The translations under genes were made by a program, and so were the position numbers. The notes under the pieces are model-generated. The model was not told the origin of the DNA. It saw only the letters and a program-made list of their open reading frames with translations, and did no database searches. A stretch of 64,000 nt of DNA from Octopus bimaculoides (Eukaryota): NCBI RefSeq assembly GCF_001194135.2, contig NC_068984.1:85851777-85915776 (forward strand), read 5' to 3'. Position 1 is the first letter of the stretch, and each line of letters opens with the position of its first letter. Below are positions 53,604 through 64,000 of this stretch, piece after piece.

Positions 53604-56600
53604 ATCCAGAGCACGTGTCCTTAAGCAAAACATTGCTCCATTCACTCAGCTGGCAAAAAGGAGTTGTAACTTGTAAGTCAAAGGGCCAGCCTTGTCACAT
53701 TCAGTGTGTCATACCAAATCTCCCTGAGAACTATATTAAGGGTGTGTATGTCCATGGAGTGCTCAGCCATTTGTACATTAATTTCACAAGCAGGCTGTTC
53801 TGTTGATTAGATCAACTGCGACACTCAGAGTTGTAACTAATGGAGACCCAGGCCATATCCAGAATGGTCTAAATCTCTCAATTCTTTCTTATCAACAGAA
53901 TGCAAGCATACAAGGCTTTTAAATATGTTGATCGTATAAAACAGAGATCCACAAAAGAAAAAGACATGCAATATTAGGAAATTCTTTAAATATTCTCTTG
54001 AAGAAATTTCATTTACAGATCAAACATTCATGTAAGAAAACTTGAGATAGCTTTCTGAATATTTTTTAATGTAAACTGTTTTTCTTGCATCTGAAAATGT
54101 TTTTTAAACTTAAAATCCTTTCTTTTGTTTTTGCCTATTTGCTTTCAGTGCAATTACCACCTAACAAACTTGTATTTGTTCTTGAACACACACAGCATAA
54201 GATTTAAATTTTGCATTTTGAAAATGCTATTTTTATTTTTTAAAACATTTTCCCCTCCTAAATTACATGCTGTATTTAGCAGCTAATGAAGTAGTATTTG
54301 TTATAACTGTATCTCTATTTCTCATTTACTATACCTGCTATATTTATATAATACTCTAAACATTTCCTAGACAATGGAAACTTCATAGCATCTCAAATAC
54401 CTGACATTATATGTAAGTTGATGGGAGTAAATGGGATAGAGCCAGAAAGAGAGATAAAGATGGTGATAACAAAGTGTCAGAATATACCCTCAAGATAAAA
54501 GAGCATGGGCACAAATCAGAAAGGGTGGGTGAATAAAGGTCGCAAGAGCATGAGGAGAGAGAGAGAGAGACTGTTAGAAAAAAAAGGGGTAAGTGTAGTG
54601 AAGTGGTGGTGGGAGGGAAGAATGGCCAAATAGTAAATATGAATAAAGGACAGTGATAAGAAGAGGGATAAATGTTAATAGAAGTTGCTTAGGTGAGAGG
54701 AAGTGATACCCAACAGTAGAAAAAGGTGATAAACAGCAGGATAATACAGTAAATAAGGAAAGGATGAAAGGGTGAGATAGGGAGAAACAATGTGTACAAA
54801 ATATATCAAAATATAAGAGTCTATACATATGTGTATATAAATATATATAGTGAGAAGTGGGTTGCATGTATGTATATCTGTGTCTATGCATCTGCATGTA
54901 TTTATGTATATATTCATATGCATGTTTGTATTTACAAACAACAAGAGGAGCAGCAATATAAAATAAATAGTCATAGAATTTCCTATTAATATATGCATAT
55001 ACAAAAAATGGGCATTAAATTAAATGAAAATGCCCCAACACTCTTAAATGACTTTTGGATTGATACCAAAAACTTTACTTCTATAGTTCCATAGTCTGTG
55101 CCAAGAGTGAGTCAAAATGTCTTGAGTTCATTTCTCTTTAGGCTACAGTTAAAAATCACAAGAGTATAAGGAGTAAGTTAATTGGTTTGGCAGAGAAGTG
55201 GTTAGATATTGCAAACTCAAATTGCCAGTAATATACCAGAGCACTTGTGCTCATCTTCATTACATTTACCTTGGTGTATATAAGGATACTACACCACTGA
55301 TATGGTGACAGTTGTAACTAAACAACTCACACACCAAATACACATACATAAGCACACTCTATTAAGAAAGGACATTACATGAAATTATGGTGGGAGTGGT
55401 GATTGATGATGGTAATGATGACCATGATGTTCAGTACTCAAAAGTTTACAAAATTCAGAAGATTTAGCAAAGCCAAATTCTTACTCCAGTGATAAAAATA
55501 CCAGTTAATCATGCATCATGCAAATTAGTTCATCATATTCCTGGTCCTCAGGTATCTGTTTGTAAATGCAAAAATGTATTTAAATAGACACAAACACACA
55601 CATGTGCAAGCATGATCATGATAATGCCAATAATGAACACGGTAACGATGAAATGATAAAGCTGCTCAGCTAACAAAACTACTTTGTGAACTGGTCAGCT
55701 ATATGGTATCTAAGGGAAACCACAACCTTTCTCATAAATAAACCAAAAGATTTTATTTCTGATGTAATACAAACAAGCAATAAAACTCTCCAAGGTGCAA
55801 TTCACACAAATCAAGGTTATCGAGACAGTTGAACGAGGACTTTCTAAATTTATCTTGCAAATCAGGATATAAGATAATGAAGGAATTGGTTTAAAGACTC
55901 TATATTGAAGTAAATGAAATTAAGACAATAAAAACATAAACTATCAAAATTGTCAAGATGGTAAAGACATGAATACAAATGGCACAGTTGGTTGTGTGCA
56001 GTAGCTTTTTAGTAATATTGAGGCCAGACCTGATATTTTTTTTTTTTTGTGATAAAGCAGTCATAGGTGATCATCCGGGTGAGGAAAGAGTTGTCACGGT
56101 TGACTAAATAAGGCAGAGGGATAAGTGAACCAAAACATTTCTGAGTAACCTGGATGGACTTGATTTCATCTATGTGCATTATATGAGGTATAATGGCAGT
56201 CCACAGCTTGCATATCCATCCAGTAGTATACAGTTGGTTCATATGGTTCCTTTAAGTGAGCTCTTATATATAAAAATATCCCTCTGACTCCCACCATTCT
56301 ATTTCCATTATTGGCAATACTTATAAGTAAGCAAAAATTAAACAAATTGTTATACAAAAGATTGTCAATGGCCTGAATTTGAAATATGTTGATATTTCTA
56401 CTTCAACACAAGGATACAAATTTACTAGTGAAGGGGTCAAAATCCCTGTGCATAACAAGTACCTATTATATCCACTCCAGAAAGTTGGAAAGCAAAATCA
56501 ATCCTGAAATTGAAACTCAGAACATAGTAATACAAAACTACATACTGCATAGCACTTTGCACAGCAATCTATAGTTTCTGCCACTCCTCAGCTTTAAAAA

Positions 56601-57389
56601 TAAATAAATGTGTGTGTGTGTGAAGGTGGAGTTAAAATGAGGATGGTGTATATAAAAATCTATGTATTTATGCATAAAACATGAGAAAATGAAAGGAAAT
56701 TCCTAAATTTATCCTTGCGATAGAAAGAAATTGCCCACCACCACCACACACTCTATATGCAGTGAACACTTATCTACACTGCCCCCATTCCACATATACC
56801 AACCAACAACCCAATACCCAAATCAATCTTCAAAGAAACTAAGCCACTTTGATTAACCAATTTAAATTATCTCACAAGATCTTAATGATGTCACTGGATC
56901 CTCTGTTAGTTTCAGCTATGAACATTCCAGTAGTTCAATAAATTGAGCTGTCTACTCATTGAATTAAAATGTAAGTAGTTGAGTATTCCACAGACAATCT
57001 ATATCCTTAATGTGATCATCAGGCAGAATCAGTATGATGCCAATGTGTGACATATCTGGAACCTTTGAACCACAGGTACAATCCATCAGTTAACGTCTAC
57101 CAGCTTTCATTTGCAAGGCTCTAGACAACTCAAGGCTTTAGTTATAGACATCTTGTCTAAGATGCCATGCAGTTGGATTGAAATGAAGACTTCATGATTG
57201 CAAAGTGAACTTCTTGATCACTTAATCATGCTTGCAATCATTAATAACCAGTTGATTGACAGAGAGAAACAGCAAGGAGAAAAGAGAGACAGAGATAGGA
57301 GAGAGAATTTGTTAGTTATTTGTCCCAAAAATTTTTGGTTCCTGTGACCAATAAAAGAAATATTTTCCTGATTTTCAGAAATAATGATA

Positions 57390-58170
57390 ATGTCAGTAAT
57401 ATACACATGGAACAATTCATCGATATTCATGTGGATTCCCAGGTAACGCACCAACTCTGACATAAGGAGTGCAATACCCTTGGTCCTATGTATTCTGATT
57501 GCAATCTGTTTATGGGTCAACAGCAGGATGTTGTTTGCTTCAGCCCACTTATATATTGCATTCAGGTTTTTCTGTAGTTTTGAGTAAGCATCAGGGTCCT
57601 TGACTACTTGCGAAACCTTTGTATCATCAACATAGATACTGAGAATGGCTGACTGTATGACTGATGGCATGTCTGACAGAGCCGCAAACAATAGTGGTCT
57701 CAGTACAGTTCTCATGGAGACTCCATTTAATAGTGATGTCTTCTCAGAGTACCATTGGCAATGACAACCTGACTCCTATTTTTTTTTTAAAGTGATGCAG
57801 TTTCTGACATATCATCTCTTGATCAACTTAGTCGAAGGCCTTGTTGAAGTCAAGATACATCACATTCACATTTGGATGACAGAGTCCCTTAGTGGGCAGA
57901 AGCCATCCAGTACATTCACGAGCAAGCCATTTTCTTCAGGGAATGTGATCCATGACTTAGCTAAAATGTGAGGTCAGAGAGTTGGCTTGTAATTCTTAGC
58001 ATCTGCTCTGTTTCCTCCTTTATGGGTAGGCCATATTATACCTGCATACCTGTTTTTTTTAATTTTGGAAAGTTTGTCACATGTGCAGAAACTCTGAAAA
58101 AGTATCTGCAGTGGTTTTGCAAGAGCTTTCTTCTGTGTGTATTTGTGTGTGTTATAAATTAATTTGTATA
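57390..58170 (-). mobile_element. CR1/L2-like LINE reverse transcriptase relic
   Basis: Minus strand motifs LAKPLQILFQ, PTHKGGNRADAKNYKP, YLDFNKAFD, LRPLLF, IYVDDTKV and LQKNLNAIYKWAEAN, with frameshifts. Confidence 0.88.
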
Positions 58171-58228
58171 ATTTAATCATGATTTTTATGTCCATTTTTT
58201 CCATGTTCGCTTGGGTTGAACAGATCTT

Positions 58229-58296
58229 CTGTGCATGTATAAGTACTGTGCATGTATAAGTACTGTGCATGTATAAGTACTGTGCATGTATAAGTA
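58229..58296. repeat. 17-bp tandem repeat (CTGTGCATGTATAAGTA) x4 at the SINE 3' junction
   Basis: Four exact copies. Confidence 0.97.
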
Positions 58297-58639
58297 CTGT
58301 TGTTGGCACTCCGTCGCTTACGACATTGAGGGTTCCAGTTGATCCGATCAACGGAACAGCCTGCTTGTGAAATTAACGTGCAAGTGGCTGAGCACTCCAC
58401 AGACATGTGTACCCATAACGTAGTTCTCGGGGCTATTCAGTGTGACACAGTGTTACAAGGCTGACCCTTTGAATTACAGGCACAACAGAAACAGGAAGTA
58501 AGAGTGAGAGAAAGTTGTGATGAAAGAGTACAGCAGGTGTTTTCGCTCAATAAACACTCACAACGCCCGGTCTGGGAATCGAAACCGCGATCCTATGACC
58601 GCGAGTTCGCTGCCCTAACCACTGGGCCATTGCGCCTCC
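58297..58639 (-). mobile_element. tRNA-derived SINE, family D, CpG-intact head
   Basis: Minus strand ggaggcgcaatggcccagtggttagggcagcgaactcgcggtcataggatcgcggtttcgattccc with A and B boxes; catgtataag occurs on both sides. Confidence 0.9.
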
Positions 58640-59136
58640 ACATGTATAAGGACATATAGGACATAAAGATGAAATTTAGAATATAAAAAAAGGAAGAGGG
58701 CATGAAAGAACAAGCTGTACAAAGATGGGGCAATTAAAATTACAAAGCAGTAATGAGGATGAAATTTAGAGGAAATATTTTTTTAATATTCATCAATATC
58801 ATGAACACAAAGACACACATACATACATGTATAACGCAGACACACATAAACAGACTAAAATGTGTCATTACACATGCACATGTAAACATGCAATCACTCA
58901 AACAAATACGCAAACATGCATTCACATACAAACATACACTCACACACAACCACATATGAATGTGTTATTACATACACAATGTGCACTAATACACATTCTG
59001 TACACAGTCACTAGTGCACTCACCTTTACACAAACATGTCCTATATACAAGTATGCACACATACTTGAGACCATACTGATGCATACACACAAGTGCACCA
59101 AACACACACTTCAGATTTGCACATTCAAACACAGTA

Positions 59137-59180
<44 letters not shown>

Positions 59181-60009
59181 TATTTTCTTGCTGACAGAGT
59201 GAATGAAAAAAGGGAAAAGAGTGGACAAGAGAGTAAAATGGGAGAAGGTAGGCAAACAAGAGAAAAATGATAAAAAGGGGATGAGGAGAGGGTGGTAGAG
59301 GTAGGGAGATGAAAATGTACAGAAATAGAGAAAAGGGTGAGAGAAAGGGGAAGACAAGGAGAGGCAGAAGGAGGAAGTAATAAAGAAAAAGGAGGAAAAA
59401 TTGAGAGAGAGGGAAGAAAAGAAGTCAAGTTTAAATTAAAATTGTTGCAGAAATTTAACAAAATATAAAAAAGTTTCCTCCTCTTCAAGATTTATTTCTA
59501 AAACGAAAAAGAAGATCTAGAATACAGAAGCTTGTTAATGATCAATTATCAAAACTGGAAAATTGATTTCTTTGACTATGCAATAGGCCAGTGATGTTAA
59601 GAATCAGAGAATTACAGCTGCAAACCCAGTTATATTACAGTTATTTAGTGCATCAATCTGCTGAACAGATGAAGGGCAAAACTCAACTCCAAATGGATTT
59701 GAATTCAGAACACTAAGCTCATTAAAAGAAAACAAAACAACAATGTGAATAAGATACAGTGAATGTGTGTGCATATGTACATACATGTGCACCTGCTTAC
59801 TGCAAGAGAAGGTAATCACGGAAGAGAGAAGGGGAGGGAAGAAAGGAAGGAGTGCAGTAAGGGAGAAAGGTACCTACAAATAAGAGGGCAAGAGATCAAA
59901 GAATATCAGGGGTGAAGCATTTAGGACAGACCAATCCCCTCCAACTAGGATATTACATAAACATGAAACTAAAGGAGAGATGATGTATTGCTGTTCTCAT
60001 TACAGAAAA

Positions 60010-60035
60010 GTTGTTGTTGTTGTTGTTGTTGTTGT

Positions 60036-60099
<64 letters not shown>

Positions 60100-60160
60100 T
60101 AGTAGTAGTAGTTAGTAGTAGTAGTTAGTAGTAGTAGTTAGTAGTAGTAGTAGTAGTAGT
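60010..60160. repeat. Compound microsatellite (TTG)n-(TGG)n-(TAG)n
   Basis: Directly visible. Confidence 0.97.
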
Positions 60161-60174
60161 GCTGATGTTTCATA

Positions 60175-60470
60175 GATCATCATTTCGTCATTTAACATGT
60201 TTTCCTTGCTGGTATGGGTTGAACAGTTTGAGAGGAGCTGGCAAGCCAGAAGATTGCACCAAACTCTGTCTGCTTTGGCATAGTTTTCCTGTAGCTGGAT
60301 GCTCTTCCTAATGCCAACCACTTAACAGAATGTACAGTGTGCTTTTTATTGGTACCAGCACCAGTAAGTTCACCAAATAACTTACAAGACAAGACCCTCT
60401 CAGCTGAGAAGGGATTAGTACTGAGGGAGATGATTCCTTGCCAGATAATGAGACAGAGTAGATATAACAG
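60175..60470 (-). mobile_element. RTE-tail element
   Basis: catttaacatgttttccttgctggtatgggttg...ggatgctcttcctaatgccaaccac, same family as 8523, 13615, 23020 and 23650. Confidence 0.75.
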
Positions 60471-60730
60471 GTGCAGTATATATATTTACCTACTATTTAA
60501 GCACTATAAGTCATGCTCTTCATTTAGGAAAAGACTAAGGGCTATGGTGAAAGCAAGGGTATTGCCATTTTGAATTCTAAATATATTTAAAATATTGTCA
60601 ATTAATATAACAATCAACTTATAAACATTCATTAACCAAAACCACAAACATTTTACTTTATAATAAAATAAATAATGGGTAAATGTATAAGCTGCACTCA
60701 GCATATGTGTGCGTGTGTATACTGGGTGTG

Positions 60731-60769
<39 letters not shown>

Positions 60770-60952
60770 TTATTTAGTCAATGCAATGCAGGTGTGGCTT
60801 ATGGTTAATAAGTTTGTTACACACAACTACACAGTTTGGGATTCAATCCAACTGCCTGGCACTGACCAATGCTTTGTAAGTAAAATTTGATAGTGGAAAA
60901 CTGTATGGACGGCCATCATATCTATATAGGGAGAAGGAGAGTGACAATGAGG

Positions 60953-60987
<35 letters not shown>

Positions 60988-60988
<1 letters not shown>

Positions 60989-61270
60989 GTGCATGGCCTA
61001 GTGGTTAGGGTGTTGCATTTACAATTGCAAGATTACGGTTTCAATTCCTGGGTCAGGAAGTGTATTGTGTTCTTGAGCAAAAACACTTCGTTACACACTG
61101 CTCCAGTCTGCTCAACTGTAAATGAGTAACCCTTTGATGAAACTGATGTCCCGTGTAAAAGGTGTTGTGATCACAGTTACTTATACACAATAGGCCTATC
61201 CACCTAACCAGTCGGGTGGCATCATTTGAAAGCTGTTGCAATAATGCGAGGAAAAACATTGTGACCAGCA
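60988..61270 (+). mobile_element. tRNA-derived SINE family C
   Basis: tggcctagtggttagggtg head, ggtttcaattcc B-box, gtgttcttgagcaaaaacactt core. Confidence 0.78.
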
Positions 61271-61302
61271 GTAAAATAACATTCTATAGTCTGATTGATA
61301 CA

Positions 61303-61337
<35 letters not shown>

Positions 61338-61731
61338 CTTTTACATGTTTCGGTCATTTGACTGCAGCTGGACCACTGCCTTAAAAGGATTTAGCCAAAG
61401 AAATTGACCCCAGGATTTATTCTTTGTAAGCCTAGTATTTATTCCATCAGTCTTTTTTGCTGAACTGCTAANNNNNNNNNNNNNNNNNNNNNNNNNNNNN
61501 NNNNNNNNNNNNNNNNNNNNNNNNNNNNNNNNNNNNNNNNNNNNNNNNNNNNNNNNNNNNNNNNNNNNNNNNNNNNNNNNNNNNNNNNNNNNNNNNNNNN
61601 NNNNNNNNNNNNNNNNNNNNNNNNNNNNNNNNNNNNNNNNNNNNNNNNNNNNNNNNNNNNNNNNNNNNNNNNNNNNNNNNNNNNNNNNNNNNNNNNNNNN
61701 NNNNNNNNNNNNNNNNNNNNNNNNNNNNNNN

Positions 61732-61775
<44 letters not shown>

Positions 61776-62030
61776 GCACATTTATATCTTACCCATTATC
61801 CAAAGTTTTCAGTTTTAATCCAGTGTTCATATTAACCTTTATCACTTAACCTTCCCCACCACAACAGTAATTCTACATACCTACCATTACAATGAGTAAT
61901 TTATAGTTAACCAACCAGTGGGTGCAACATTTCATCAGGATTAGTGTCCACATAGATATTTAAATATGATAAACTTTTCTTTTGTCTGAGTTAGCAGGTT
62001 GGTCATAAAAAAATTGTGAATGCTTTAAAG

Positions 62031-62363
62031 CAATGGTTCTCAGCCAGGGTCCATAAAAGAATTGGTGGGGGGGGCATGCAACAAAATAATAAATTGAGGA
62101 TCCACAATAATATTTTAAGAGCCTCTGAAAAAATTTTGCTTTAGATGTATGTATTGGTATGTATTGCAAGAAACAGTCAGGTTTCTTTCTCTAACATGTT
62201 ACATAGTTCAACCTACACAAGTTAATGTGGACGAAAATAAACAGGAATTTGGAAAGAATTATCTATAAAACTAGTTTTAAACATCGAATGGGTATGGGGG
62301 GGGGCACCAGAATGAAATAGTAATCAAAGGAGTCCATAGATAAAAAATGGTTGAGGACCTTTG
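62031..62363. mobile_element. Older hAT-type MITE
   Basis: Ends CAATGGTTCTCAGCC / GGTTGAGGACCTTTG (12 of 15 complementary); TSD ctttaaag / ctttaaaa. Confidence 0.8.
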
Positions 62364-64000
62364 CTTTAAAAGAAGAATAAATAAAATATGTTAGAGGTTA
62401 GTAGGGAGGGATGGGGTTAAACAGATAGGGTAGACAGGGGTGAGTTGGTGGGTGGGTGGTGGTGTAAGGAGCCTAATCAGATGGTGGTAGTGTCTGAAAA
62501 CTTAGAGTGTGGTGAAAAATGCTGTAGTATTTTCAGCTAACAGTACTGATACAGCATCAATAAAAGACAAGAACAACAGAAGACAAGAACCCTAACAACA
62601 AAAGAGAGCAGTTGAATACAAATATTTCCCTATCTTTAATTTATTTTTGATAGAAAAATTTTATTTTTCCTGCTGCTTGTTTGAATAGGAAGAAAATGAA
62701 GGCTGAATAATGAGAAAAAAAAAAAAAACTAACTGCAATAATAGTAAACTGTATGCACCTACACTGCACACTCGACCCCACATATACACACAATACCAGT
62801 GTACTTACGTTACACCCACACAAACTGTATATACACTAACCACAGTACACCTACACCAAGGGAATCGCTACAGTCCTCAGGCTCGACAGAAAATGCAGTT
62901 TAAAATCTTTAAACTACACTGTTAGCTTTAAAAAAATGGACACATTAAATATGATTCTAGATATGGATTATATCAGAGATCATATCCATGTTAGGATCTT
63001 AACTTACACTGTCCATGAAAAACAAAAACAAAAAAAAAAAAATGATTGGATAGTCAAGGCTAGAATGGCTTTTGATCACAGGGCCGATTGACCAGAACTG
63101 ATCTGAAGCTAAGCCACTGTACACATAATGCTGTATCTACAATATCCACACACAAATATCATATGCACTGACACAAAGTTATATCAATGTCTTCACATTA
63201 CACTTACAAGGGAGCCAAGTCATTTGCCAATATAGAAAATGCAGTCAAATTTTTCTCAAACCACAAACTACAGTCTCAAAGGAAAAAAAAAATTAAGTAA
63301 AATAAAATAAAATAAAATGAAAGGGATAATAAAGTTTTAGATGCATATCACCCTGAAAATAGGATGCAGTAGTCATGGCTGGAATACCTTTGATCACATA
63401 ATTCTGTTCAATCAGAGCTGACTTAGAGCTAACTAATCAACAACGCCCACACTCCACACAAATCAGGTGCTACATCACACTACACGTACATTATCCTCAC
63501 AAAAACAAACTTCTATCAACCAGTCTATACATTACCTACACACAACCAGTTTATACAATACCAAAACACAATATCAAACCATACACACACACATGCCCAT
63601 CCTTAACCAATCTACACAGGTATTGACTGTCTTAACCTGACTTCACACAGTAGTCACTGTTTTGTACACCTGATTAGACACAGCAACATACTATACCTAC
63701 GTAGCATCTGCTAATACATTACATTATGCATAGCATCAAGCTACACCTACAATAACATGTAACCCACCTAATTGTCAACACACAGTAGTGGGTTTTCAGT
63801 CATGATATAAAGTATGAAATTTTATGATGTAAAAAGAAATTTTTTAAATAAAAAAAAAACATATATCTAAGTTCCATGACCCTACCCTACATACGCTGCA
63901 ACCCTTCATAACTCCCACCAAATCCAAGTTTTCATCTTTTTCCCCTCCCAAACTCTTTATCTGCGATTTTTCAAACTGAAAGTTAACCATGCTCATCCCA

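Noticed and set aside
55495-55575. Minus-strand exon-like segment reading IPEDQEYDELICMMHD*
   Set aside because: In-frame stop before the donor, weak acceptor, no recognisable protein.
58570-58639. tRNA genes (also heads at 49040, 60988, 42859)
   Set aside because: The tRNA-like parts run straight into SINE bodies and I could not form a complete cloverleaf with an acceptor stem.

Overview
Eukaryotic, AT-rich, repeat-dense animal DNA from a draft assembly with N gaps. The repeat landscape looks like an octopus genome (inferred from pattern recognition, not searched). The only protein-coding gene I can support is the 5' part of phosphatidylinositol 4-kinase III beta (PI4KB) on the minus strand. 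It has a large first coding exon (31672-30973, ending ...[34 protein letters not shown]) and a 118-bp exon 22.7 kb away (8233-8116, [39 protein letters not shown]). The ORF track misses the second exon; the two join in frame with GT/AG boundaries. Later exons lie outside the window or in a gap. A CpG-richer, repeat-poor block at about 40.1-42.4 kb is the likely promoter and non-coding first exons. The rest is intronic or intergenic: mariner relics, mariner, hAT and piggyBac-type MITEs with readable TIRs and TSDs, RTE and CR1-type LINE fragments, several tRNA-derived SINE families, and mini- and microsatellites. Nearly all other ORF-track entries are microsatellite or N-gap artefacts. I found no convincing new multi-gene system. 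The best leads are RNA-level and transposon-mechanism observations: a uORF and multi-acceptor leader on PI4KB, long fold-back structures, a SINE junction with reiterated target sequence, and a structured 66-bp array in an RTE 3'UTR.
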